This document shows positions 42,597-51,987 of a stretch of 64,000 nt of DNA, in pieces. The DNA is taken from IMG/VR virus record IMGVR_UViG_3300027973_000050; one strand, 5' to 3'. A model generated the notes under the pieces. It was not told where the DNA came from. It did no database searches and worked only from the letters and a program-made list of their open reading frames with translations. This stretch comes from an uncultured virus (IMG/VR IMGVR_UViG_3300027973_000050) (lineage: Duplodnaviria > Heunggongvirae > Uroviricota > Caudoviricetes). Every line of letters starts with the position of its first letter. The first letter of the stretch is position 1. Position numbers and translations under genes: made by a program.

Positions 42597-43195
42597 AGAG
42601 GCTTACGTCTGCACATCCAAACAACAGACTGGAATTCATCTTGCATATAAGGCTCACACTTATTTCTATCCAATGCTTCCTTTACGTCTGCAAAAGTGAT
42701 TTCACACCATAACCATTCATTAGGAGTAATGTATTTTTCAAAGTACTCCTTACTCTCACTATAATCATGTGCCATGATAAAATCGCCTGGCTTGAGCAGG
42801 TCTGCTAGCAAATTGACTTCGTTGATTTTGTTACCGCCATCACACATCAATACAGTAGTACCTGGACTTTGAATAGCATTTTTAATTTCTTCGTAATTAC
42901 TGGCTCTAATACTACCGTAATCATCACTGAACAAATTACAACAACGTACATTAATTCCAGAGTCTCTTAATTGCTGATATTGTCCTAAATTAATTATATC
43001 ATAAGTGGTATAACTAAATTGGTAATTTAATTTTTTTAAAACATCATTATATAGAGCCATAGCTGCGCCGCCATGACCAGTACCAATTTCCACAATATTT
43101 ACTGGCTTTACTTGAGAGAAAAATTTTTCAAAAACAGAAAGAAAATTCCTGTGCTGCTGGCCAATCATGCCATATAAACTGAGATTCCAATCCAT
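42593..43195 (-). CDS. Class I SAM-dependent methyltransferase (CmcI/Methyltransf_24-like)
   Basis: IVEIGTGHGG motif I, VLMCDGG, LLKPGDFIMAHD. Confidence 0.75.
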   Translation of the reverse strand: MDWNLSLYGMIGQQHRNFLSVFEKFFSQVKPVNIVEIGTGHGGAAMALYNDVLKKLNYQFSYTTYDIINLGQYQQLRDSGINVRCCNLFSDDYGSIRASNYEEIKNAIQSPGTTVLMCDGGNKINEVNLLADLLKPGDFIMAHDYSESKEYFEKYITPNEWLWCEITFADVKEALDRNKCEPYMQDEFQSVVWMCRRKPL

Positions 43196-43221
43196 AACTA
43201 ATCCTTTAATAAGTTAATAAT

Positions 43222-43464
43222 TTAAGCTGCTGGGGCAGCAGGTTCGGCCCCATACATACTTTGAACAAATGTAAGTTCTTCTTCCATTTCTAAAATATGC
43301 GCTTCCGAGCCTTTCCTTAAATCATTTATCTGTTTTAAAGTGAGTCTAGTTTTTCTTGTGTCACTACGTAAAAGTTCTTCAACATCTCGTGCTGAATCAA
43401 ACCTAAAGTCGTTGCCAACTTTTTGTGTTTCAGGATTGAGGTAGAATAACTCTCTTAGGATCAT
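43222..43464 (-). CDS. Hypothetical protein (80 aa) in the head module
   Basis: ORF directly after the portal, with a late promoter at 43470-43476. Confidence 0.7.
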   Translation of the reverse strand: MILRELFYLNPETQKVGNDFRFDSARDVEELLRSDTRKTRLTLKQINDLRKGSEAHILEMEEELTFVQSMYGAEPAAPAA

Positions 43465-43475
43465 ATATCTATTTA

Positions 43476-45212
43476 TTAAACTGGAGGGGGTGCTCCGCCT
43501 GCACCTGCTGTCATACCCATGCCAGTGTCAACTCCTGGAGGCATACCGCCAGCAGCTTGAGCCATATCCTCTGGGGCGCTAGTATCACTGTTTAATTCCA
43601 AATCACTGTCGATGCCAGCAGCACTGACACCTGCACTGCGCAATTCACCACTGGCATCTGTACCAGTAATGTTACTCATGCCCTTTTCCTGCTTCCATAA
43701 GTTTTCGTTTTCTGCCATCTCTTCTTCACTGAGTCCTAAGAATCTCTTCAAGGCAAACCTCTTACTGATATAAGGAATAGCCTGTATGGTATTAAATGTG
43801 TTAATTCTCTGTCCATCAACTTCAGATTGTCGATAAGCAGCAAAGTTCTGAGGTGGTTGAAAACGTATCTCAAATAAACTAGTATCAATATTGATACCTT
43901 TACTGTGCAAATAACGTTTGAATTCCTGATCAAACACACCAGTTAATAAGGTCTGCAAACGTATGCAATAGTTATTAAAACGTAATTCTTGAATATAAGC
44001 AGTACCCACTCTACCATCATTATACTGTGCTTGACTATCATCTGCTCCTGTAGGCAAATAACTGGATGGTATTCTTAATGCTCTAAATAACTTGTTGGTA
44101 AAGTATTTGAGATCGTCAATCTCGCCTAAGTTTGTACCACCTGCTAATGTTTCAACTTTGCTGCCTCTGCCGCCTTCAGTCTGTGGGAAGAAATAATCTT
44201 CACTGATACTTAATGGATTATAAGCACTGTCAATAACATTCATACCACCGCCACTTTGACTGGGAATACGACGCTGATGTATTTCATTTTTAACACGTTC
44301 CACAAAGGCCATGGCCATATGGCTAGGCATATTACCCACATCAATATAAAATATTCTACGCTCTGGCGCACGTTGTATACGATAGATTAAGATGGCATCT
44401 TCTAATAGTTCTTTTTGTTTATATACTTTGAACACTTGTTCTAATAAACTATTTCCAAATGGATAGTTGTTATCTAAACCTTCACTCAAACTTAAATGTA
44501 CCACATGGGCAGCATCAATAGACATTTCATTTTCACCAATATGAAATCTATCTCCATACTGTGTTGGGTACGCACCAGTTGACCCTCTAGTTAGTCCACC
44601 ACCTGCAATATAATTACTACCTCTATTATTAGTTTGCTGAGGACTGGTTTGAATCTGTGTGGCTACTAGATTTTGAAAATTAGGTGCTAGGTCACGCACT
44701 ACGTACTGCTCAGGCTTTTTGCCTTCACTCTCATTCACAATGACTTTGACTAATTTACTAGGATCTACATAAAACCATTTTTGTGTTTCTGGATCTCTAA
44801 TAAAAAACGCATCGCCATACTTGAAAGTATTACGAACTATGCGAAAAAACCTTGTGTCAAATTGTTGTACTTTAAACCATTGTTGTACATATTCTCTTAG
44901 TACTCGTATCTCTGAATTAGTAGCTTTATCTTTAAAACTGAGATGAAAGGTTGTGTTGTTTTCTTTATTTTTCTGTGTGCAAAATTCTGCTAGAATATCT
45001 AGTGCAGCATTAACTTCTGGATCCATGTCCATAGTATCATACTGCATGTAACGTTCTATTCTATTGGGACTGCCTACATAAATGTCTGGCAAGTAGCTAC
45101 TGTAATTGCTACGAGCAGGACCTGCTTTGTTACCGTTGCCCATGGGACTGCTAGTACCAGAAAGATTATTGGTACTGGGTGCTGGGGTAAAATATCTACG
45201 CCAACTCATCAA
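43476..45212 (-). CDS. gp20: Portal protein (T4 gp20-like)
   Basis: LLEDAILIYRIQRAPERRIFYIDVGNMP, EDYFFP, VETLAGG.NLGEIDD..YF..KLFRAL.IP. Confidence 0.95.
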   Translation of the reverse strand: MMSWRRYFTPAPSTNNLSGTSSPMGNGNKAGPARSNYSSYLPDIYVGSPNRIERYMQYDTMDMDPEVNAALDILAEFCTQKNKENNTTFHLSFKDKATNSEIRVLREYVQQWFKVQQFDTRFFRIVRNTFKYGDAFFIRDPETQKWFYVDPSKLVKVIVNESEGKKPEQYVVRDLAPNFQNLVATQIQTSPQQTNNRGSNYIAGGGLTRGSTGAYPTQYGDRFHIGENEMSIDAAHVVHLSLSEGLDNNYPFGNSLLEQVFKVYKQKELLEDAILIYRIQRAPERRIFYIDVGNMPSHMAMAFVERVKNEIHQRRIPSQSGGGMNVIDSAYNPLSISEDYFFPQTEGGRGSKVETLAGGTNLGEIDDLKYFTNKLFRALRIPSSYLPTGADDSQAQYNDGRVGTAYIQELRFNNYCIRLQTLLTGVFDQEFKRYLHSKGINIDTSLFEIRFQPPQNFAAYRQSEVDGQRINTFNTIQAIPYISKRFALKRFLGLSEEEMAENENLWKQEKGMSNITGTDASGELRSAGVSAAGIDSDLELNSDTSAPEDMAQAAGGMPPGVDTGMGMTAGAGGAPPPV

Positions 45213-48200
45213 TGTGCTCCTATTACGTTTCCGCTAGCTGCCGATGCAACTCCCTTAGTAGCTTTAATTTGATCTCTCAGCAATGAACCATTTGAATTAT
45301 TTACTGCAATTAGTTTTTCCATAGCAGTATTTAATTTTTCTAAGGTTTTTACCACGTCGTCTAGGCTTTTTGTTTCGCTCTTCTCACCTGATTTGTCTTT
45401 TTTATCTGCTTCTGCTTTTGTTTTAGCTTCTGCTGCTTTTTTAGACTCTTCAGCTTGTCTGTTAAATTTGGCATTTTCTCTAGCATCATCTGGATTTTCT
45501 ACTTTAGGTAAAGCTTTCTCATCTTTTTTAGGCGGAGCTAAAATTGGCATGCCATTTGGTCCAATTTTAGTCACACTGCCAAATGATATTTTAGATCTGT
45601 CCAATGTATCAGCAGGTTCAGCAGCAGCTTGTTCACTGTACTTGGGTCCAGTGTCCATATTGGCCAAAATGTCCCCGCCATTGGCCTCATTTATTTTGTC
45701 TAGATTTGCTTGTTCTGCTTGTTGATTCTCTAGTTCTTTATTTTGTGCATCTTGGTCAGCAATGGCTTGCATTTCCTCATCAGTAGGGCCAGGTATGAGA
45801 CTTTTTATATCATCCATGACATCTTCTGTACTATCAGCAAAATCATCACCTGAATTTTTTATTCCACGAGCCAAATCTCCCATTGACTCATCAACTACTT
45901 CTGCCAAATTCTGATTGGCCTCATCTAATTGCCGAGCATAATATTCATACTGTTCGCCTATGTCTTCTTCACTGGCCCCCATTAACAAATCATTTAATTT
46001 TTGTTGTGCTTCTTTTTGTCTTTCTATGGCCTTGTCTATGTTATCCTGTGCTTCGGCGGCTTTCATTTCTGCATCAGTGGCACCCTTACTTGGTACTACA
46101 CTGTCAATATCCTCACCAATTTTATCTTTGTCAACATGAGTGAATTTAGCCTGTGCTGCTGTATCAATTTGTGCTGCTTCAAGTTCCTCCTCATTATTAA
46201 TGGCGTCCAACTCCATTTTGTCTCGAGCTGCCTTTTCTGCTGCAAGATCAGCCTCTGATTTACTTGGTACTACACTGTCAATATCCTCACCAATTTTATC
46301 TTTGTCAACGTAACTGAATTTAGCCTGTGCGGCAACATCCGCTTGTGCTGCTTCAAGTTCCTCATCATTATTAATGGCGTCCAACTCCATTTTATCCCGT
46401 GCTTGCTGCTCGGCGCTCTTAAGCTCATTTTCATTTGATTCTTTTTTAACTTTACCTAAGGCCTCATCTAGTTTGGCTTGCTCTTCTAAATTACGTTTAA
46501 GATTATTTTCAGCTCTTATTACACCATTCTGAAATGTTTTTAATTGACGTTGTTCTTCATTTGTTAAATCTCTTTCACCAGCTATTTCTCGTAATGCAGC
46601 TACTCTAGCTTGGTTAGCTGCCAGTCTATCCTCAATGCCTTCTCGGCGTTTTGCTAGGTCTTCTGATTTTTTTGTTAGATCTTGCATACTTTGAACTGGC
46701 AAGGCATCCTTCATGTCTTTAGAAATGTCTTTTGATTTTTCTGCAACTAGTACTTGTAATGCTTTATATTCGTCATTACTTTTTGCATTTGCTTCACGTT
46801 CACGTTCTTGTTTTTCTTTAAGAGGTTTTTCAATAGCCTCAATTTCTGCTTGTTCCTTTTCTGTCAAGGCACGATTAGCAGTAAGAGCTTGATATTTTAT
46901 AGCATCTGTTCTAGCGTTAACATCAGCTATCTCCTCCATAGCTGCACGATTTTTATCTTTATTAGCCGTTAATCGTGCATTGGCTTCTTCTAATGTCAAT
47001 CCTGACATTTCTTTAAGCATTGATTTTTGATCACTGGTTAAATCGTCAGCAGCCTTTTTCTTAAAATTCCATTCTTCATCAAGATTTTTTTGTGTAGTTT
47101 CTAAAATAGACTTTTTAGTATCTAACTCCTTTGCTGCTCCCTCTTCTAAATCTTTACTAATTTGTGCTTGAAAAGCTTTCATACGTTCCATTGCGGCTTC
47201 TGCTTCTGTCATTCGATCGCCGCCACCAGCTCTGCCCGCACCACCTTCGCCACCTTTGGCTTTGGCTAGATTAGCTTGGGTCATCTCCATCAGTTTGGCT
47301 AACTGTGGATTAGCTGCCATTTTCTTGTCAAAGTCTTCCTTGCTAACTTCCTTTCCATTAAAAGAATAAGACTGAGAACTGTTGGGAGAGGTTGGCTCTA
47401 CTTTAGATTCTTTTTGATTTTTAGCTCTTGCTGCTTCCAATGAGGCAAGATCTTCACGGGCTATTGCTGCCTCATCATCATCAGCTTTTTTAGACTCTAC
47501 TTTTTTAGGCTCTATTTTAGGCTGTTCTTTTTTAGGTTCTTCTTTTTTAGGTTCTTCTTTTTTAGGTTCTTCTTTTTTAGGTTCAGCTGCTTTGGCAGCA
47601 GGTGCAGGTTGTGTTTGTACTGCTGTAAGTTTTTTTAATTCTGTAAGTTCTTTTGGCCAGTTAGATACTTCTACCTTACTGACTGTGGTCTTAATATCTG
47701 TGAGTATTTTATTGATGTCAATACCAGGCATCTTAACAGTACCAGCACCACTAGCAGCACCAAGTTCGCCAGTCATGCCTTTGATATCAAATTTTGCTTT
47801 GGAACTATCAGATAATTGTTTGGCTAATTTCTTAGTGGAGTCAGGATCCAACACAGTTTCATCTTTGTGAATTTTAACTAGTGCATCCATAGGTTCTATT
47901 GGGCTACCAGTTTTTTCCAATGTACCGCCATCTCTAGTTCCAGGCTTTGGAGCAACAAATGAGTTTACCGCTCCAGCTGCTTTCCCAGTTATAAATCCTA
48001 CCATTTCTGCAGCGGTAGGAGTACCTTCGCCAGTCTTGGCCTTTTGCATACCTGATTTGGTGGCTTCTTCCCCCTTCTTGGTAAACGTTTTAAATACCCC
48101 GCTTGCACCAAGAACATCTTCATTCAATCTTTTTAATGAAGGACTTAACTCTTTATTCAGAGGCTGAACAAGTCCACTCATTACTGCTGATTCAACATCC

Positions 48201-49423
48201 TTCATTCTTTGATTAAAATTTACAGTTGCTTTGGTTGATTCATCAGTGGCGTTTTGCTGTGCTGCAACTGTCTTCTCATACTCTTCCGCAGCCTCGTCAG
48301 TATCTACTTTTCTACCTAATTTTTGCTCCATCTCCTTTCGAGTTTTTTCAACGCCCTCTGCGTGAGTTTGATTGGCAGCGGCAAATTTTGAAAACGAGCC
48401 GCCAATCTCGGTTAATCCAGATTGCACTATCATTTGATTTTGAGCAGCGTTATTTCTTAATTTGTCCGCTTCTACCTGAGACTCTTTGGATTTTTTCTTA
48501 GCGTCCTCAAAATTTCCATCGGCTGCCAATTTGGCCTGTTCAGATGTGGCTATGGCAGACTTACCACCAGCAACTACTTGTCCTATTGCTTCTTTAGTTA
48601 CCGCAGTACCATATAAAAAAGTCTCTTTAAATAACTGACCTTGACCTCGAGCATTGGCAGCAGCATACTGCTGATCCATCTTCAATTTATACTCAGCAGC
48701 TTCCTTATCACTCATGTTTTGAGTTGCTAAACGCAACTTAGCTTGATAAGCCTGATCAGCTGCCAATTTCTTTTGAGCATCCATCTGCTCTTCACGACTC
48801 TTGCCAGTTAGTTTGGCCATGAGATCCATTTCTCTGGCCATGTCAGTTGTGGCTTTGATGGCTAACTCGTCTCTTTCTTTACCCGATGCCATACTGGCAC
48901 CAATAGAACCCATCTGCATTGCTAGTAATTCATTTAGATCCTTATTGGTATACCCTAAATTACGTAGACTATCAGTTGCCGTGGTGCTCTCATCAAACAT
49001 TTTTTTACTGGCAGCAGCAAATTCCTTAGCACCCTTGTCAAGGCTGCCACCAAATCCTGATAGACTAGCCTTGTTTTGATCAAGAATATCATTAAATTCA
49101 TTCAGACCTAGTCTTGCACCTTTTGCGGCGGTCTGCATGTCTACAATACTGTTGCCAAAACTTATACCAGTTTTACTAAGATTTTGCCATGCTGGTAACC
49201 CAGCATTAATATCTTCAGCAACTTTTAAAAATGCTGAAGAAGCGCCCTTTGTTGGGCCATCCATGCTCTTTAAAGCACTTGTAAAAGAACCCAGTGCTTC
49301 ATTAGACGATTTGGTATCACCTCCGCCACCACGACCACCGCCACCACTGCCTTTCATGGCTTTTGCCAGTTTTTCTACACTTTCATCTGATAAAGTAATA
49401 GGGGTTCCTGAAGGATCAGCCAT
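45209..49423 (-). CDS. Tape-measure-like protein (1404 aa)
   Basis: Ala/Lys/Glu-rich helical protein with MDLMAKLTGKSREEQ-type segment; close to the chaperone-like gene. Confidence 0.6.
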   Translation of the reverse strand: MADPSGTPITLSDESVEKLAKAMKGSGGGGRGGGGDTKSSNEALGSFTSALKSMDGPTKGASSAFLKVAEDINAGLPAWQNLSKTGISFGNSIVDMQTAAKGARLGLNEFNDILDQNKASLSGFGGSLDKGAKEFAAASKKMFDESTTATDSLRNLGYTNKDLNELLAMQMGSIGASMASGKERDELAIKATTDMAREMDLMAKLTGKSREEQMDAQKKLAADQAYQAKLRLATQNMSDKEAAEYKLKMDQQYAAANARGQGQLFKETFLYGTAVTKEAIGQVVAGGKSAIATSEQAKLAADGNFEDAKKKSKESQVEADKLRNNAAQNQMIVQSGLTEIGGSFSKFAAANQTHAEGVEKTRKEMEQKLGRKVDTDEAAEEYEKTVAAQQNATDESTKATVNFNQRMKDVESAVMSGLVQPLNKELSPSLKRLNEDVLGASGVFKTFTKKGEEATKSGMQKAKTGEGTPTAAEMVGFITGKAAGAVNSFVAPKPGTRDGGTLEKTGSPIEPMDALVKIHKDETVLDPDSTKKLAKQLSDSSKAKFDIKGMTGELGAASGAGTVKMPGIDINKILTDIKTTVSKVEVSNWPKELTELKKLTAVQTQPAPAAKAAEPKKEEPKKEEPKKEEPKKEQPKIEPKKVESKKADDDEAAIAREDLASLEAARAKNQKESKVEPTSPNSSQSYSFNGKEVSKEDFDKKMAANPQLAKLMEMTQANLAKAKGGEGGAGRAGGGDRMTEAEAAMERMKAFQAQISKDLEEGAAKELDTKKSILETTQKNLDEEWNFKKKAADDLTSDQKSMLKEMSGLTLEEANARLTANKDKNRAAMEEIADVNARTDAIKYQALTANRALTEKEQAEIEAIEKPLKEKQEREREANAKSNDEYKALQVLVAEKSKDISKDMKDALPVQSMQDLTKKSEDLAKRREGIEDRLAANQARVAALREIAGERDLTNEEQRQLKTFQNGVIRAENNLKRNLEEQAKLDEALGKVKKESNENELKSAEQQARDKMELDAINNDEELEAAQADVAAQAKFSYVDKDKIGEDIDSVVPSKSEADLAAEKAARDKMELDAINNEEELEAAQIDTAAQAKFTHVDKDKIGEDIDSVVPSKGATDAEMKAAEAQDNIDKAIERQKEAQQKLNDLLMGASEEDIGEQYEYYARQLDEANQNLAEVVDESMGDLARGIKNSGDDFADSTEDVMDDIKSLIPGPTDEEMQAIADQDAQNKELENQQAEQANLDKINEANGGDILANMDTGPKYSEQAAAEPADTLDRSKISFGSVTKIGPNGMPILAPPKKDEKALPKVENPDDARENAKFNRQAEESKKAAEAKTKAEADKKDKSGEKSETKSLDDVVKTLEKLNTAMEKLIAVNNSNGSLLRDQIKATKGVASAASGNVIGAH

Positions 49424-50412
49424 TATTTTTTACCTTTAAATTTTTCCCATTGATCCACAAACCCATTAGGCAAAGTAAACGTCTCTTGATTAGGCAACCA
49501 TTGAGGATATATGGCATTAGGTCTTTTAGGGATTTTATCTAATGGATTGCCCTTTCCATCTTTGATTGACAATGCTATGTCATTTTTAACTTGAGGTACA
49601 TAATAAAATTGAGGTTCTAATGTTAAAAACCCATCTTTGTCAGTGGCAACAATGTCGCCTATTCTAGGTCCTTTATTATTGGAACCGCCAAGACCAGTAC
49701 TAACACCGTGAAGAATTCCGTGAAGACCTTCAGGATCAGTGGGAATTGTTAGATCATTTTCAAGTTTATCCACTGGTTTGCCCATTATTTTTTCAACGCC
49801 AGCAGCTTTTAACACACTAGCACCAATGGATATAATTGAATTCCAGCCTTCAGTTACTGGCCATCCAATTATACTGTACAATATTTTTTTAATAAACTGT
49901 GTTAAAAAATCGTTGCTTTTTTCAAACCAAATTAATGTCAGTGCTGGAGATAAGGTAAGAACATATTTAAGTATGCCCACAATAACTGATGGTATCCACC
50001 CAACAACTGGGATAAATCTAAGTAAAATTTGTATACCACCAAGTATTTTTTGAAACCCGCCTCTAGACCATGCCAGTACAATTGATGCTGCAACTTTGCC
50101 CACAAGTTGTTCCATTTGGTCATAATATTGAGTTTGTGCATCTTGAATTGATGTACTGCCACTGAATTGATTAGTTTTAGGCACAGCTCCATTGGCTTTT
50201 TTAAATTGATTAAAATCATTATTGAGCTTTTCTTTTTGTTTGACAAAATCAGTAACAAAATAAACAACACCAATAAATTGAAAAAACCTTAATAAGATTG
50301 ATCCGCCTGGAATTTTACCAAAAATCTTTTGCTCAATGCTCATGTTTCCAGTGATCACTGGATTTTTTTGACTAAAAGTTGGCATTTCGCTGATAATTTC
50401 TATGACTTTCAT
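49423..50412 (-). CDS. Hypothetical membrane-spanning protein (329 aa), possible ejected internal protein
   Basis: Several hydrophobic segments; N-terminus MKVIEIISE. Confidence 0.6.
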   Translation of the reverse strand: MKVIEIISEMPTFSQKNPVITGNMSIEQKIFGKIPGGSILLRFFQFIGVVYFVTDFVKQKEKLNNDFNQFKKANGAVPKTNQFSGSTSIQDAQTQYYDQMEQLVGKVAASIVLAWSRGGFQKILGGIQILLRFIPVVGWIPSVIVGILKYVLTLSPALTLIWFEKSNDFLTQFIKKILYSIIGWPVTEGWNSIISIGASVLKAAGVEKIMGKPVDKLENDLTIPTDPEGLHGILHGVSTGLGGSNNKGPRIGDIVATDKDGFLTLEPQFYYVPQVKNDIALSIKDGKGNPLDKIPKRPNAIYPQWLPNQETFTLPNGFVDQWEKFKGKK

Positions 50413-50469
50413 AAGTTTATTTAGTTACCAAATTATGGTAAATTTTTAATCCACCCCATTTTATGCTAG

Positions 50470-50477
50470 TATAAATA
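50470..50477 (+). promoter_or_regulatory. T4-type late promoter TATAAATA
   Basis: Exact gp55 consensus 23 nt upstream of the ATG at 50501; a divergent TAAATA lies at 50418-50423. Confidence 0.8.
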
Positions 50478-50500
50478 CGCATAATAATTGGAAATACACT

Positions 50501-51319
50501 ATGAACAATCCCCTACAAAAATTCTTTAGACAACCTAAAATTTATATTAGCTTGCCCAGTAAAGGAGTTTACTATGAACCTGGAGCCCTGGTGGGAGATC
50601 ATACACACTTCCCCATATTGGCCATGACAGGCATTGACGAAATACTAGTCAAAACTCCAGACGCATTGTTTAACGGTGAGTCCACAATTAGAATTATAGA
50701 AAGCTGTTGTCCTTATATTAAAGATGCTAAAAACATCCCAGTCATCGATATTGATACTATACTGGCTGGAATTAAGATTGCCACATTTGGAAATAATGTG
50801 ACAGTGACTAAAACTTGCAATAAATGCGGCACTGAAAATGATTACGACATACCATTAAACTCAATTATTGATTATTTTAGCAATTTAAAATTCAGTAATA
50901 AAATCACCATCCAAGATAATTTAGAAATTATTATTCGTCCATTAAAATACAGTGAAATGAGTTATTTTAGCATGGAAAATTTTAAACTTCAAAAAACTTT
51001 AAATCAAACAACAGATCTAAGTGAGGAAGATAAAAAAGCTAAAATTAATGAAATTTACATAAGACTCAGTGAACTTCAAATAGAATTATTTTTAATGGCT
51101 GTGGAAAATGTCATAGTAGACGACATAGTGGTCACAGAAAAACAATACATTGAAGAATGGTTGAAGAATGTTGAAAAGACCGTGTTTGGCACTATCAAAA
51201 AGAAAATAGAAGAAAATAAAAACCTATGGGAAATTCCAGAAACACCAGTAGTATGCGATGAATGTGGTGCTGACAATAAAATCCAACTGAGTTTGGATCA
51301 ATCAAGTTTTTTCGGCTAA
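50501..51319 (+). CDS. Baseplate hub assembly protein (T4 gp26-like)
   Basis: ISLPSKG, MTGIDEILVK, DIDTILAGIKIAT, two CxxC motifs, C-terminal SSFF. Confidence 0.8.
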   Translation: MNNPLQKFFRQPKIYISLPSKGVYYEPGALVGDHTHFPILAMTGIDEILVKTPDALFNGESTIRIIESCCPYIKDAKNIPVIDIDTILAGIKIATFGNNVTVTKTCNKCGTENDYDIPLNSIIDYFSNLKFSNKITIQDNLEIIIRPLKYSEMSYFSMENFKLQKTLNQTTDLSEEDKKAKINEIYIRLSELQIELFLMAVENVIVDDIVVTEKQYIEEWLKNVEKTVFGTIKKKIEENKNLWEIPETPVVCDECGADNKIQLSLDQSSFFG

Positions 51320-51546
51320 GACTCCTTTACGCCTCAAACTCTGATATTGAACAATATATTAATAAATTAGATCTTGAAGCTTTAGAGTTCAAAGAAGATT
51401 TATATAAAATAGCATGGTATATGAGAGGAGGAGTCACAGCCAATGACCTACTATACCTTTATAGTTATGAAGATAGAAAGATAATGTATAAGATTATCAA
51501 AGACAATATTGAAACAACTAATAAAACTGGTATGCCATTAATTTAA
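51307..51546 (+). CDS. gp51-like reading frame, probably reached by -1 frameshift from the gp26-like gene
   Basis: Open -1 frame FFRLRLLYASNSDIEQYINKLDLEALEFKEDLYKIAWYMRGGVTANDLLYLYSYEDRKIMYKIIKDNIETTNKTGMPLI*; no ATG/GTG/TTG before 51421; slippery T TTT TTC at 51307-51313. Confidence 0.65.
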   Translation, partial: FFRLRLLYASNSDIEQYINKLDLEALEFKEDLYKIAWYMRGGVTANDLLYLYSYEDRKIMYKIIKDNIETTNKTGMPLI

Positions 51547-51549
51547 TAT

Positions 51550-51987
51550 TTGAGAGTGAGCAAGCTCACTCTGTTTTAAGACTCACGTCTTAAAACATTT
51601 TTCTTCAGCGAAGCTTTTTAATATTATGCAGATTGTGTGGACGTACTTCTCCCGTTGCCGGGAGAACGAAAGACATTATGCGAGTTGCTTAGTCCGATAC
51701 TATATTAGGGCATTACAGAGGCGGTCATCCTGTACCTCGAGCCCAGTCTTCTATACGACGGGAAATAATTAAACAAATATAGTCTTGCCTAACTACCGTG
51801 GGGTTGTATCTTTTTCATCAGAGCCCCTTCTTTTAGCCTGTTAATCCTTTTCAAACAACCAAATAGCGGCATTTTGCTATCCTCATCCTTGCGGGTAGTG
51901 GTTGAGTCCTCCTAACGGCTGGAGTTTTTCATCCCTGTGACACGCATGTCCAGGTATAGAATCGCATGAAATTAGCCTGCGCCAGCT
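51550..51987 (-). ncRNA. Candidate large structured ncRNA (unidentified family)
   Basis: Non-coding, more GC-rich than its flanks, many stems with GNRA/CUUG loops and G-U pairs valid only on the minus strand, plus a predicted pseudoknot. Confidence 0.6.

Noticed and set aside
51690..51790. GACTATA/ATATAGT resembling group I intron P7 (R/S) next to a GIY-YIG gene
   Set aside because: No interrupted host gene flanks the element, the S-like sequence lacks the AGUC end, and the pairing is explained as a loop pseudoknot. A cmscan against group I models would settle it.
51798..51828. CTGATGA on the minus strand suggesting a hammerhead ribozyme
   Set aside because: No stem II followed by GAAA and no matching stem III/cleavage triplet could be built.
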